Shown here one piece after another: positions 40,667 through 51,719 of a stretch of DNA of 64,000 bases. The notes under the pieces are model-generated. The model had not been told where the DNA came from. It saw only the letters and a list, made by a program, of their open reading frames with translations, and ran no database searches. Both the position numbers and the translations under genes were made by a program. Numbering within the stretch: the first letter of the stretch is position 1; every line of letters begins with the position of its first letter. Origin of the DNA: an uncultured Chloroflexia bacterium (lineage in GTDB: Bacteria; Chloroflexota; Anaerolineae; Anaerolineales; UBA4823); the NCBI GenBank assembly GCA_963726315.1, contig CAVSBZ010000002.1:181960-245959 (forward strand), given 5' to 3'.

Positions 40667-41164
40667 GTTGCTCTCCTCAATCGATGAATTTATAGTCTTA
40701 TCCACTGCACTCAGAGACGGTGTTTAGACTTCATACCCGGCAGAAAGGTTCTGTTCTGGCGATTCCAGGTTCTTATTTCAATACCTGATCGTACTGAAAA
40801 CCTGTTTCAGGTCTCAGGGATTTCTGCCGAGCCCAGTTACCCCAGCAGCTGCTAACCATGCTCCCTGGCAGGGATGATAACGAGCCTTCTTTGGTCTGTT
40901 ATAAACAAGACCAGCATCAAGTGGACTACACGATTTACTGCAACCCAATGGGAATGGGTACCAGCCTGATGCCAACACACAGGTAGCTACGGAACGATAA
41001 CCGTATTTTTTTCTACTCTTGGTGAACCAGCCGAAGACGATTCCCGGTTGTTAGAAATTACTATCCCGATGATACTCTGCGAATGAGTGAATATTCATAA
41101 TATACACCCAAATTGTCCATATATAATTAAAGCTTGATTAGGGTTAGTTTATATGGAGGTGAGC

Positions 41165-41641
41165 TTACTTGTGGCGTGTTTTGAATATCGCCAGCCACTC
41201 GCTCACTTCCTCTTCGCTGAGTGGTTGGTCAGCGGCATCGTACGTATTGGCGAGCCGCCCCTGCAGGGTGGTCTGTATCAGCTTGGAGAAATCCTCCCCA
41301 CGTAGCACCCTAGAATGCACCTCCCGTGCCGCTGACTGCACGTCGCGGTCGGAGGTGACCACCACCCAGTTTGCTGCCGACTTGCCGAGCTTCACCAGTC
41401 GCCTGCGGATAGCCTCATCTGCCGTCTGGCTCGCCAGCACAAAGTGCGCTCGCACCCTGCCGTAATTACGCACACCCGCCTGCCCGGGCGGTGCGCCATC
41501 GAAGTACACTTCCAGCTTATGCCGGCTCTGCTGCCCGAAGCGGTTCAGCAGATCCACCAGGCGCTCTTCATCGTCCGGCATGCTCAGGCTGAGCCCGGGG
41601 ATCTTCGCAATCAAGTTGTGTCCATCGATGATGTAGTTCAC
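41165..41641 (-). CDS. NYN/YacP-like PIN-fold nuclease
   Basis: YIIDGHNL, VYFDG, TADEAI, VVTSDR. Confidence 0.85.
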   Translation of the reverse strand: MNYIIDGHNLIAKIPGLSLSMPDDEERLVDLLNRFGQQSRHKLEVYFDGAPPGQAGVRNYGRVRAHFVLASQTADEAIRRRLVKLGKSAANWVVVTSDRDVQSAAREVHSRVLRGEDFSKLIQTTLQGRLANTYDAADQPLSEEEVSEWLAIFKTRHK

Positions 41642-41767
41642 TTTACAGTGCCTTTATTTTCGCTGTTTAGCCTGCCTCATACCGTACCGCCTCTACAAGC
41701 AACCACTAAAATACCCGAATGGATAGTTTATCATGCCGTAGGCAGCCTCCACAAAAACATTTCCGCC

Positions 41768-42001
41768 GTAATTACTCACCCATTTTTTGAATATTCATAA
41801 TAACTTGACCTTTGAATAGCCCATACCTCAATACTCCTCCCCTAAAAACATGTTTTTTTGTTTTCGTTGCCTAGCGAACTGTTTTTGTGAGCGTGGTGGG
41901 GGAGGCGGGAGGGGTATTCCGTTTTTTTAGTCTCTATGATAGGAGTTATCGTCTCAATTTTTGAATGTGTCAAGGTTGTCTTTCAATCGGTGAGTAATTA
42001 C
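41768..42001. mobile_element. Second MITE-like segment with the same TIR
   Basis: GTAATTACTCACC (41768) ... GGTGAGTAATTAC (41989-42001). Confidence 0.5.
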
Positions 42002-42202
42002 TTTCTGCCGACAGTCCAGCTGGGTGTTCTGCTTATGGCTCCCATCCCTCACTTACCAGTGCCGTCCGCTCTCATCTGCAGGCTGCACTGGCCCCTCTTC
42101 CGTGCCTTGAAATTGTTGCCTCACTGCCCACAGGGCGAGGTATAATTCTCGTCGCTAATTAGCCGAAGAGCTGGTGCAGGAGGATGAAGGAGACAAGCTG
42201 CC

Positions 42203-43882
42203 ATGAGAGACCCTGAAAAACTTAAACAGCTGCGAAGGTTGCTGCAGGAGTGGGAGCAGGACGAGTTGCAGGATGCCCTTTCCGCTATCCCTGAGCGACA
42301 GGCGAGTTTCATCACCACCTCGTCTGAGCCCGTGGAGCGCCTGTATACCCCGCTCGACCTGCCCGACTTCGACTACCTGACCGACCTGGGCTTCCCCGGC
42401 GAGTATCCCTACACCCGCGGGGTGCACCCCACCCTCCACCGCAGCCGCCTGTGGACCATGCGCATGTTCGCCGGTTTCGGCACTGCTGAGGAGACCAATG
42501 CCCGCTTCAAGTACCTTCTCGAGCAGGGGCAAACGGGTCTCTCCATCGCCTACGACCTGCCCACCCTGATGGGCTACGACACCGATGCTCCCGAAGCCCT
42601 TGGCGAGTTCGGTAAGTGTGGCGTGGCGGTATCCTCTCTCAAGGATATGGAGGTGCTGCTTCAGGGCATCCCGCTGAACAGGGTCTCCACCAGTATGACG
42701 ATTAACTCGCCTGCCGCCATCATCTGGGCTATGTATATCGCCGCCGCCGAGAAGCAGGGTGTGACGCCCGACCAGCTGCGCGGCACCACACAGAACGATA
42801 TCCTCAAAGAGTACATCGCCCAGAAAGAGTACATCTTCCCACCCGAGCAATCCATGCGCCTTGTGGTGGATACCATCGAGTTCGGCACCACCACGGTCCC
42901 CCAATGGAACACGATCAGCATCTCGGGCTATCACATCCGCGAGGCCGGCTCGACCGCCGCACAGGAGCTGGCGTTCACCCTGGCCGACGGCATGGAGTAC
43001 GTTCGCTGGGCACTCCAGCGCGGCATGGACATCGACAGCTTCGCCCCCCGCTTGAGCTTCTTCTTCAACGCTCACAACGACTTCTTTGAAGAGATCGCCA
43101 AGTATCGCGCTGCCCGGCGCATCTGGGCACATGAGATGCGCCACACTTTCAAGGCGCAGAGCGAGCGTTCGTGGCTGATGCGTTTCCACACTCAAACGGC
43201 CGGCGTATCGCTCACCGCTCAGCAGCCTGAGATCAATATCGTGCGCGTGGCCATCCAGGCATTGGCCGCGGTATTGGGCGGCACCCAGTCACTGCATACC
43301 AACAGTATGGATGAAGCCTTGGCACTCCCCTCTCAGCACGCCGCCACCGTTGCCCTGCGCACCCAGCAGATCATCGCCGAGGAGTCAGGCGTTGCCAACA
43401 CGGTTGACCCACTTGCCGGTTCCTACTTCCTGGAAGCCTCCACCCGCCGCATCGAGGCCGAGGCTTACGACTACTTCCGCCGCATCGATGAGCTCGGCGG
43501 CGTGCTGCCCGCCATTGAGAAGGGCTTCTTCCAGAGCGAGATCTCCGACGCTGCCTACCGCTACCAGTGCGAGATCGACGCCGGTATTCGCCACATCGTG
43601 GGTGTAAACGCTTACGCTGAAGACAAGCCCCTCGCCATCCCCCTGCTGGAGATGGACCCTGCTGGGTATGCCCGCCAGGTGGAGCGCCTGAGGTGGGTGC
43701 GCACCACCCGCGACAATGCTCAGGTAGGGCAGGCACTAGACCAGCTACGTATCGCCTGCCACGGCACGGAGAATACCATGCCCTACATCCTGGAGGCAGT
43801 GCGTGCTTACGCCACCCTCTCCGAGATCATCGGTGTGATGAAGGGCGAGTTTGGAACTTACCAGGAACCCACCTGGATCTAA
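42203..43882 (+). CDS. Methylmalonyl/acyl-CoA mutase, substrate-binding large subunit
   Basis: [52 protein letters not shown]. Confidence 0.93.
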   Translation: MRDPEKLKQLRRLLQEWEQDELQDALSAIPERQASFITTSSEPVERLYTPLDLPDFDYLTDLGFPGEYPYTRGVHPTLHRSRLWTMRMFAGFGTAEETNARFKYLLEQGQTGLSIAYDLPTLMGYDTDAPEALGEFGKCGVAVSSLKDMEVLLQGIPLNRVSTSMTINSPAAIIWAMYIAAAEKQGVTPDQLRGTTQNDILKEYIAQKEYIFPPEQSMRLVVDTIEFGTTTVPQWNTISISGYHIREAGSTAAQELAFTLADGMEYVRWALQRGMDIDSFAPRLSFFFNAHNDFFEEIAKYRAARRIWAHEMRHTFKAQSERSWLMRFHTQTAGVSLTAQQPEINIVRVAIQALAAVLGGTQSLHTNSMDEALALPSQHAATVALRTQQIIAEESGVANTVDPLAGSYFLEASTRRIEAEAYDYFRRIDELGGVLPAIEKGFFQSEISDAAYRYQCEIDAGIRHIVGVNAYAEDKPLAIPLLEMDPAGYARQVERLRWVRTTRDNAQVGQALDQLRIACHGTENTMPYILEAVRAYATLSEIIGVMKGEFGTYQEPTWI

Positions 43883-43918
43883 AATTCCTTTATAGGGATA
43901 TTTCCCACGGAGATCAAC

Positions 43919-45121
43919 ATGGCAAACATCAAGAAGACTCAAGGTGTGATCGGTATACTTACCGGCGGCGGTGACGTGCCCGGCCTCAACCCGGCTATCC
44001 GCGCCGTGACCATCCGCGCCCTGCGCGAGGGCTACAAGGTAATCGGTCTGCGGCGCGGCTGGGCAGGCATCATCGACGTGATCCGCGACGAGCAAGCCGA
44101 CAACTCAGACAACTTCCAGATCCTCACCGAAGAAGTGGTTAACAAGGCCGGCCGTACCGGTGGTACCTTCCTTCATACCTCCCGGACGCGACCTTCGGCA
44201 GTCAAGAAAAACAACGTGCCCACACACCTGGCAGATAAGTACGCCGCCGAGACGAACGACCTGACCCCCGAGGTGCTCAAAAACCTGGACTGGCTGGGCG
44301 TCGATTACCTGATCCCCATCGGCGGCGATGACACGCTGAGCTACGGAGTGCGCCTGTACCAGGAAGGGATGAAGGTCATTGCCATCCCCAAGACGATGGA
44401 TAACGACGTGCCCGGCACCGATTACTGCATCGGCTTCAGCACCTGCGTGACGCGCACCATCCAGCTGACCAACAGCCTGCGTACCATCGCCGGCTCGCAT
44501 GAACGCATTATGGTGCTGGAAGTGTTTGGGCGTTACGCCGGCTTCACCGCCATGCTTCCCACTATGGCTGGGGCTGCCAACCGTTGCGTGATCCCTGAGT
44601 ACAAGTTCAACATCGACCGCCTGGCGGAGCTGCTGGTGTATGACCGCAACCGCAACCCGTCCAAGTATGCCGTGGTGCTTGTCTCGGAGGGAGCCATGTT
44701 CGAGGGTGGTGAGATGGTCTTCAAAGACAAAACCGCCGACGCCTACGGGCACGCCAAGCTGGGTGGGATCGGTGACCTGGTGTCGGTACGCCTAGGCGAG
44801 CTGACCGCCAAATTTAACAACGGTAAGCCGATTAACATCATTGACCAGAAGCTGGGCTATATGGTGCGCGGCGGTGATCCCGATGCTATCGACTCGATCG
44901 TGCCAATGGCGTACGGCAACCTTGCGTTGAACCTGGCAATGAAAAAGGTGCATGGCAGGCTGGTGGTATTAAAGAATGGGCGCTATGATAACATGCCCAT
45001 CGATGTAGTCACCGGCACCAAAAAGATGGTGGACATCAAGACGTATTACAACTGCGAGCGCCTCAGACCGCACTATGAGAGCTTTGAGATGAAACCGTTG
45101 TTTATTATGACCAGCGAGTGA
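43919..45121 (+). CDS. pfkA: 6-phosphofructokinase
   Basis: ILTGGGDVPGLN, GGTFLHTSR, IGGDDT, PKTMDND, EVFGR. Confidence 0.9.
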   Translation: MANIKKTQGVIGILTGGGDVPGLNPAIRAVTIRALREGYKVIGLRRGWAGIIDVIRDEQADNSDNFQILTEEVVNKAGRTGGTFLHTSRTRPSAVKKNNVPTHLADKYAAETNDLTPEVLKNLDWLGVDYLIPIGGDDTLSYGVRLYQEGMKVIAIPKTMDNDVPGTDYCIGFSTCVTRTIQLTNSLRTIAGSHERIMVLEVFGRYAGFTAMLPTMAGAANRCVIPEYKFNIDRLAELLVYDRNRNPSKYAVVLVSEGAMFEGGEMVFKDKTADAYGHAKLGGIGDLVSVRLGELTAKFNNGKPINIIDQKLGYMVRGGDPDAIDSIVPMAYGNLALNLAMKKVHGRLVVLKNGRYDNMPIDVVTGTKKMVDIKTYYNCERLRPHYESFEMKPLFIMTSE

Positions 45122-45136
45122 GAAAGAAAGTTTATT

Positions 45137-45165
45137 GTAGGGGCGTAGCGTCGCTGCGCCCCTAC
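45137..45165. repeat. GTAG-type REP palindrome (others at 46023, 50241, 50438, 58796)
   Basis: gtaggggcg-tagcgtcgctg-cgcccctac. Confidence 0.7.
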
Positions 45166-45278
45166 TTTTCGGGGGTCATTAATCCCGGTATTTATTGCGT
45201 TTGATTCATTTTATAGGGGCACGATTATGCCTGCGCATGCAGGATTTCGTGCCCTACCCATAATTTTCGATCTTATTC

Positions 45279-45809
45279 CTATTTCATCTTCCGTGCGTGG
45301 TAGAAAATCCCCAGTACCGTCAGCACCACGATGACCAGGCTGCCGTACGTCCCATTCAGCGACGGGATGAGCGCCTGCATCGCCCCGCGCACCACCAGCA
45401 TCGACCCGAGCAGGCTGGCGAAAATGATCAAGCCCCAATCCACGAAGCGGTTGAACAGCACCGCCCCGATTAGACCACCCACTAAGGCGAATATCCAGCT
45501 CCAGAAGCTTACCCCCATACCCAGCAGGTTCATAAAGCCGATCACCACTGCCCCCCCGGCGATGAAACCGAGCACCATGGCGATGATCTTGGTGAACGCC
45601 TTGCCGATGAACCCCAGCACCCCGAACACCACCGCAAAGCCGGCAATGACGAAGAACCCCAACCAGGTGTCGTAGGGCTCATTGAATAGACCCAGGAACC
45701 CGAAACCGAGCATGGCTCCCGCACCTGCACCCAGCAGCCACATGCGGTTGCCCCACAACCACACGACGATCCCCAATACCAGCAGCGACAGACCAGTGAA
45801 AAGTAACAT
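45279..45809 (-). CDS. DUF4203-like multi-TM membrane protein
   Basis: Gly-rich hydrophobic helices; AAGGAG RBS. Confidence 0.75.
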   Translation of the reverse strand: MLLFTGLSLLVLGIVVWLWGNRMWLLGAGAGAMLGFGFLGLFNEPYDTWLGFFVIAGFAVVFGVLGFIGKAFTKIIAMVLGFIAGGAVVIGFMNLLGMGVSFWSWIFALVGGLIGAVLFNRFVDWGLIIFASLLGSMLVVRGAMQALIPSLNGTYGSLVIVVLTVLGIFYHARKMK

Positions 45810-45968
45810 GTTTGCTCCTTATGATGATTAGACTATTCCTGTTAACACCGAAATGACCGGTGGGTTGCAGGGGTTGGCGAGTCGGACAATTTATAAAATA
45901 TTGTCACTCTTTTGTTTTATGTAGGGGATAGCATTGTCGTTGTTTTGATGGCGCACGACCTTAATATA

Positions 45969-46048
45969 ATATCACCACTGAGAACCCAGAGAACACTGAG
46001 AAAGAAAACTCTTTTATTTTTTGTAGGGGCGTGTCGCCGACTCGCCCT
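45969..46048 (+). repeat. ACCACTGAGAAC-type repeat plus REP (copy at 50287-50330)
   Basis: atatcaccactgagaac(c/a)cagagaacactgagaaagaa occurs twice in the window. Confidence 0.65.
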
Positions 46049-46244
46049 TGTTTGTTTTTCATCGAAATCCAACAAACATTTCCTTGTGTAGGGGCTGACA
46101 TCGTGCCACTGTTCTAGAAGCGCATGTTCCGCCCTTTCTGGTTTTTTAGGTCCGATTGGGTTATAAATCCACACCTTTCACCCGCTTTCAGGGTTATCAT
46201 CATTGAACTAATGGCATAATAATTAATAATCTAAGGAGAACAAG

Positions 46245-46415
46245 ATGAAGCTATCCCCACCGAAAATGATTACCTGGATCATCGCCCTGATACTGCTGGT
46301 GCTTGCCCTGCTCGGTTATCTCAAGGTCGTCGATGTACTCACCCAGTATGAGTTCTGGTTGGCCGTGGTTTCTGCCGCCCTCATGCTGATAGCCACCCAG
46401 GTTAAAGGCCTATAA
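46245..46415 (+). CDS. 56-aa two-TM small membrane protein (absent from the ORF track)
   Basis: TAAGGAG RBS; MKLSPPKMITWIIALILLVLALLGYLKVVDVLTQYEFWLAVVSAALMLIATQVKGL. Confidence 0.8.
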   Translation: MKLSPPKMITWIIALILLVLALLGYLKVVDVLTQYEFWLAVVSAALMLIATQVKGL

Positions 46416-46553
46416 TTCAGCCCCACTTACCGGGTGGCTGTAAGCTAATTCCCGGGTAGGCAGTAACTCCGTGGTGGGCGGGGTAAACTTTCTATTTAAT
46501 CGTTAAAGTGCCAAATATAACTGCGGAAGACAATCCCCGTCGATTTGCGCTAG

Positions 46554-47048
46554 CTATGGCGTGGTTTCCGCCGTTGCCACTTTGCCTCCGTGATAGTAAA
46601 GGATGTAAACTTTCGCCTGGTTATCAAAGATGCTTTCAGTACCATAAAAGCTGTCCAGCGTGCCATGCTGCTGGTTTTCATACAACAGGCTGCCCTTCTC
46701 GAAGGACGCCGGACCTCTGAAAGGATACTCGGGCGATACCAGTTGCATGGCTTCTCTGAGAAAAGTGTATACCTTCATCGGGTCAGGGCAGGTGGCCAGC
46801 ACCAACCCATAGTAGTTCATCACCCACAGCAACGGTCCATTGGCGGCAAAGATATGCTCTGTTCCGGTGAATGGATTGAAGCCATAATAACGGTCTGAAT
46901 ACCGGTAGCCATGCCGGGTAAACTCGAAACCGCGCGATCCGTCGTCGAACGTCTTTTCTCCACCCTCACCGCCGCTGGCATAACCTGAAGTTTTACATTC
47001 CAATATGAAATCGAGTAGGTTCATTGAAGCGCCTTTTTGGGGTTCCAT
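46554..47048 (-). CDS. DUF5680-like hypothetical protein
   Basis: YASGGE, Y.DRYYGFNPF.G.E, W.MNYYG, PFRGP, YYHGG. Confidence 0.7.
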   Translation of the reverse strand: MEPQKGASMNLLDFILECKTSGYASGGEGGEKTFDDGSRGFEFTRHGYRYSDRYYGFNPFTGTEHIFAANGPLLWVMNYYGLVLATCPDPMKVYTFLREAMQLVSPEYPFRGPASFEKGSLLYENQQHGTLDSFYGTESIFDNQAKVYILYYHGGKVATAETTP

Positions 47049-47054
47049 CTCATC

Positions 47055-48470
47055 TTATACCTCATCATAGGTAGCTTCGAGATAATCCAGCATGCCTTGC
47101 TTGAGGAACGCCTGTCCATCCACGCTGCCCGACAGCCCGTATAGTGCTCCACTCTTGGGGAAGGGTTGGGGCGGGTCTTTTGCGTAAGCCACGCCGTCCC
47201 TCAGGTCGCTAACAAACGCTTCCGCCACACCCGGCAGGGTGTTGCGCAGGGTGATACAGAAGTGGAACCCAGGGGGATTCTGGCATCCATTCATCCGCCA
47301 ACCTTTGCCAATCAGGTAATCGTTGACGTGGTACATATTCACCTGGTCGGAAATCATCCCTATCACAAAAGTGGACTTCCCCGCAATTTTTATCTCGGGG
47401 ATACCGGCTATCCCCATGCGGATCTTATCCGCAGTGTCCATGATCAGCCTGGCGGCTTTCAAGTAGCCCTCTTCACCCATCGTCACCATGGCAGCCCAGG
47501 TGGCGGCACTCAACCCACCCGACCGGCTCCCCTGGATCGTCGGAGAAACGTACAAGCCGCCCGCCCAATCTCCCACTGAGAAGAACTGGTAGCGCAGCAG
47601 CCTGTGGTTGCGCACCAGCAGGGTGGAGGTGCCTTTCAACGCATATCCATATTTGTGTGTATCGCACGACATGGTGGTCACCCCTGGCAGCCGGAAGTCG
47701 AACGGCGGGATGTCATAACCCAGTTTTTCGATCCACGGCAGAATGAAACCACCCAGGCAGCCATCCACATGCATGCCGATCTTATGCTCAAGCGCCAAAT
47801 CAGAGAGTTTTTCCAGCGGGTCGATCACTCCATAGGGATAGTTGCCCGCTGACCCCGCCAGCGCCATGGTGTTGGGGGTGATTTTAGCCCGCATGGCCTC
47901 CACATCGGCTTCAAAATTCCCGTCCACCGCCACGGGCACCATCTTGACCCCCAGGTAGTGTGCCGCCTTAAAGAACGCCGGGTGAATGGTGACCGGCACC
48001 ACCATCTCGGGTTCGAGGATGCCCTTTTCCTCCCGTGCCCACTCACGGTGAATATAAACCCCGTTGAAGATACTCTCCGTGCCCCCCGAGGTCACCGTCC
48101 CACACACTTCATCCTGCGGGTTGTACTGCTTAACTGCCTCGCCATGCAGCAGCCTGGCGACCATCGAGATGATCTCGGACTCAAATTTCGTGCCGCTGGG
48201 GCAGAGATCCCGCTGCAACAAGTTGACGTAGGAGAACAAACTAAACACGCGGTTCAAGAAAGCGTAATGCTCTTTGCCTCCATGGTACATGGTGCCCGAG
48301 ATCAAGCCGGTTTCCCAAAATTTATCTTCTTCCTCAGCCATGCTGTGCAGCTCGTTGTAGATTTCGCCCGGGTCGAGGCCTTTTTCTGGGATGCTCGCAT
48401 ACGATTCAAATTTATCCTTATAGGGGTACAGGTTCCCAAAAACACTTGCCAGTGGAGATGTTTCAGCCAT
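47055..48470 (-). CDS. PLP-dependent sphingosine-1-phosphate-lyase-like (group II decarboxylase fold) enzyme
   Basis: SGTMYHG, TSGGTESI, HPAF.KAAHY, HVDGCLGGF, DTHKYGY, GSRSGG. Confidence 0.85.
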   Translation of the reverse strand: MAETSPLASVFGNLYPYKDKFESYASIPEKGLDPGEIYNELHSMAEEEDKFWETGLISGTMYHGGKEHYAFLNRVFSLFSYVNLLQRDLCPSGTKFESEIISMVARLLHGEAVKQYNPQDEVCGTVTSGGTESIFNGVYIHREWAREEKGILEPEMVVPVTIHPAFFKAAHYLGVKMVPVAVDGNFEADVEAMRAKITPNTMALAGSAGNYPYGVIDPLEKLSDLALEHKIGMHVDGCLGGFILPWIEKLGYDIPPFDFRLPGVTTMSCDTHKYGYALKGTSTLLVRNHRLLRYQFFSVGDWAGGLYVSPTIQGSRSGGLSAATWAAMVTMGEEGYLKAARLIMDTADKIRMGIAGIPEIKIAGKSTFVIGMISDQVNMYHVNDYLIGKGWRMNGCQNPPGFHFCITLRNTLPGVAEAFVSDLRDGVAYAKDPPQPFPKSGALYGLSGSVDGQAFLKQGMLDYLEATYDEV

Positions 48471-48482
48471 TTTTGATCCTTT

Positions 48483-50114
48483 CTAAGATGCCGGTTGGGT
48501 GAGATGGGCGGGTTTGTTCAGCAGATGGAACAGGGGTCTAAGCCGTTTATGACACTGGCGGAATTGGGCATATAAATGGTCATAAATCTCCTGATTGGCG
48601 CGGATGGGCTCGAAGACCCGCCTGGTGCGCACTTTATTGGGCACCTCATCCATAGACATCATCCCCAAACGGTTGAACGCCAGGAAAGCCATGCCCAGCA
48701 AGGTGTTACTCCCGGCGTACTCTTCCTGGTGCATGGGGATGCCGATCACATCGGCCATGATTTGAGCCCAAACATCGGAGAGCGCACCTCCTCCGGTGAG
48801 GCGCCAGGAAGGGAACTTGTGCTTTGAGAAGGTCTCAGCCGATTCCCTCAGCCACCTCCAATTATAGGCAATCCCCTCCAACATGGCTCTTGCCAGGGTA
48901 TTGCGCGAAGTAAGGTTGGACAGATTAATAAACCCGCCTCGCAGGAAGCGGTCGCCCGTAGGTGCCAATGCGCCGGTATTGAACCACGGCAGGAACATCA
49001 CGCCGTCACTCCCGACGGGAACCTGGGCAGCCGCCTGGTTTAGCCGAGCATAGACATCCTCCGGCTTTTTATCCGTCGAGAAGCTGTCCTCGCCATAGAT
49101 CAGGTTGTTCAGAAACGAGTCAACCACCTTGCCCGTATTGCCGGTATCAGCCGAGAAAACGTACCTGTCGTTCAGCGCACTCGGCATTGAAACCAGGCTC
49201 AGCAGCAGGTCCGACTTTTTTATGGGGAAGTGGAACACCAGCATGCCCGACGTGCCTAATACGGCAACGGCTTCGAAGTCGGCGATGGCGCCAGACCCGA
49301 TGGGTGCGGCGCTGTTATCGGTGGCTGAGGAGATTACCACCGTGTTGGGCGAAAGACCCAGCTCACGGGCAATATCAGGCTGAACATTTCCCACGATCCC
49401 TTCAACCGGGATCAGGTCCGGCAGCTTGAGGCGGTCAACGCCCGACATCGCCAGGGTCCAGGGGCTGTAGTCATGGCTGCCATCCTTGCGGTTATCGATC
49501 ATAATGCTGGCGATGTTGCTGCAGCGATTGGCACACGCCTTACCCGTGAGGCGCATGTTGATAAAATCCATCGGCTCGAGGAACTTGTAAGTTTTGGAAT
49601 AAATCTCAGGAAGCTCGTGCTTGATAAATAAGATATGCGCCAGGCAATCGGTGCCTTCGAATGAAGGCGGGTAGCCCACGATATCGATCCACTTCATCAG
49701 CTTCCGCACGTCATAACCCATCAGGCGCGGGAAGCCTTTAACCACCTCGGCGTTATACTTGCCGCCGCGTGAATCCATCCAGCTGATCGCATTGATCAAT
49801 GGGTTGCCCTGCTCGTCCACCGCCACGGTCACCGACCATTGGCTGGTGACCCCGATGGCGATCACCTGCTCTGATCTGGCAGCCGCCTCATACATCACTT
49901 TTTTAACCCCATCTGTGACCACCTGCCACCATTCATTTGGGTCCTGCTCCACGCCACCATTGGGTAGGAAGTGGGTTTCATAGCGCCCGCTGGCGGCTGC
50001 GATCAATGTGCCCTCCAGGTCCACCAATCCAACCTTGGTGCCGCTCGTGCCCACGTCGATGGCGATGACATATTTCTGGGTAGCGCTGTCGGTGCTTTCG
50101 ATGGGTGTTGTCAT
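48483..50114 (-). CDS. FGGY-family carbohydrate kinase
   Basis: IAIDVGTSGTK, EQDP..WW, SWMDSR, FLPWF, LEGIAY, TGGGA.S.VWAQI.AD; AAGGAG RBS before ATG 50114. Confidence 0.9.
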   Translation of the reverse strand: MTTPIESTDSATQKYVIAIDVGTSGTKVGLVDLEGTLIAAASGRYETHFLPNGGVEQDPNEWWQVVTDGVKKVMYEAAARSEQVIAIGVTSQWSVTVAVDEQGNPLINAISWMDSRGGKYNAEVVKGFPRLMGYDVRKLMKWIDIVGYPPSFEGTDCLAHILFIKHELPEIYSKTYKFLEPMDFINMRLTGKACANRCSNIASIMIDNRKDGSHDYSPWTLAMSGVDRLKLPDLIPVEGIVGNVQPDIARELGLSPNTVVISSATDNSAAPIGSGAIADFEAVAVLGTSGMLVFHFPIKKSDLLLSLVSMPSALNDRYVFSADTGNTGKVVDSFLNNLIYGEDSFSTDKKPEDVYARLNQAAAQVPVGSDGVMFLPWFNTGALAPTGDRFLRGGFINLSNLTSRNTLARAMLEGIAYNWRWLRESAETFSKHKFPSWRLTGGGALSDVWAQIMADVIGIPMHQEEYAGSNTLLGMAFLAFNRLGMMSMDEVPNKVRTRRVFEPIRANQEIYDHLYAQFRQCHKRLRPLFHLLNKPAHLTQPAS

Positions 50115-50437
50115 AGGCGTGGGCTCCTTGATCATCACTGGTGGCGGAAATTGTGTTTTATCCCTGCATTTACTATACCTGACTTTTATCTCTGGCGCAA
50201 CAATATTGTTTGGAAAAAGATTTATCACCGCCCCCTCCATGTAGGGGCTGGTCGTGACCAGCCCTTCTTGGTTGGGAATTTAAAACATATCACCACTGAG
50301 AACACAGAGAACACTGAGAAAGAATATTCTTTTGTTCTTGATTGGGGTTTAAAACCAATCCACCGCTGAGATCGCCCCCTCCAAGTTCAGTCGGGGACAG
50401 GCTGAGAACGCGGAGAAAGAAATTTCTTTTGTCTTTC

Positions 50438-50510
50438 GTAGGGGCGAGTCTGCGACTCGCCCTTTTTTGGTTTTGTAGGTTGAGGTTGAGCTGGTTTTGC
50501 GAAACCCAAC
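50438..50510 (+). repeat. Composite REP doublet (copy at 58796-58867)
   Basis: GTAGGGGCG..CGCCCT followed by an identical gtaggttgaggttgagctggttttgcgaaacccaac. Confidence 0.7.
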
Positions 50511-50831
50511 GCATTTACCTTTTTGTTCTACTCACCAAGAACTATTTTTCACAAAATTGACTTTCGATTCCTTTTCTTCTATAATATTCATTGAATATCT
50601 CCTGATAACAACATCGTCTGCGGAAGTCGGGTCCTTCGGATGTCCCGACAATGCATCGGAGATCATTAAAGCCGCCAGCCTCAAACTGGGGGCTTTTCTA
50701 TTTGAAATTAATGCTGCCATCGACAGGCTATGCAAGTAGATCTCTAAATCCCTGCGAGATGATACAAAATATGTAGGGGACGATATGGTGGTGACAAGCA
50801 AATTCATTCCAAGAAAAGGAGGAAATACACG

Positions 50832-51140
50832 ATGAAGTTCCTGGTAACTGCCAGACCGGGCTCGACCCCCATACCACCGGAACATGCGGTCGGTCTTTAT
50901 ACTGCTGCCATGACCTGGGTGGATGAGCGGCTTAAGAACGGAAAGCTCGATTGCCATTACACTTTCCCTGATAGAGGCGGTTTTGCCATCGCCAATGTAA
51001 ACTCGGCGGAGGAGCTTGATGACGAGATCCTATCCTATCCTCTGTACCCGTTCTTCGATTGGGAGGTGAAGGTGCTGGTTGAATGGCGGCACAGCTACAA
51101 TTCGATCATGGGGTTGTTTAAAAAAATGGGAGCAAGGTAA
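50832..51140 (+). CDS. Muconolactone-isomerase-like / dimeric alpha-beta barrel small protein
   Basis: MKFLV...GGFAIANVNSAEELDDEILSYPLYPFFDWEV; AGGAGG RBS. Confidence 0.7.
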   Translation: MKFLVTARPGSTPIPPEHAVGLYTAAMTWVDERLKNGKLDCHYTFPDRGGFAIANVNSAEELDDEILSYPLYPFFDWEVKVLVEWRHSYNSIMGLFKKMGAR

Positions 51141-51201
51141 TTCGGGAAGATCTAGTTTTTTTAGACACTGACAGAGGATTTTAATACCACCATATCTGCA
51201 G

Positions 51202-51247
51202 TCCAGGGTTGCCAGGGTAGCCTTTCGGTGAGGCCGGCAACCCTGGA
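51202..51247 (+). terminator. Hairpin/terminator
   Basis: tccagggttgcc / ggcaaccctgga followed by ttt. Confidence 0.5.
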
Positions 51248-51719
51248 TTTATTGATGAAGACAGTGCTGGGCGGGATCGGCCCACTCCCAACTATCTACG
51301 GGGTGCCCTACAGGGTCATCAATACCGAGCGTTGCGAAGTTCAATTGTTGATACCCCCTATGTTCACTTATGGTCTTCTTACCCCCTCTAGACACCTTGC
51401 TTTCAAACGATCAGGGGAATAGTAAAGGAAAACCTTTTCTCATGAATGGTCTCGTATGACTGGAACACCGATACATATTCATACTAGGGAAGTGTAACCA
51501 CCTTACATGCCTAGGTGATTATTGCTCGGAGGCGATTTCGATGTGAAAATATGGAGTGCGTTGCGTTGTAAGGGATTCTTTTGTATACTGAATACAACAT
51601 CAGAATGAAGTTGTAATTGAATAATATATTGTTCGTCTTATTGGATCAAAGAAGTTTATGAGCTATTGAGACTTCTAATCATTGCCAATCATTTAATGGG
51701 TCGATCAAATGGGGTTCAT

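Noticed and set aside
40710-41100. c-di-GMP riboswitch upstream of the large PKD protein
   Set aside because: The context is plausible but I could not find class I or class II consensus elements
42155-44752. Long antisense ORFs (42155..43195, 44105..44752)
   Set aside because: Shadow frames of the GC-rich mutase and PFK genes
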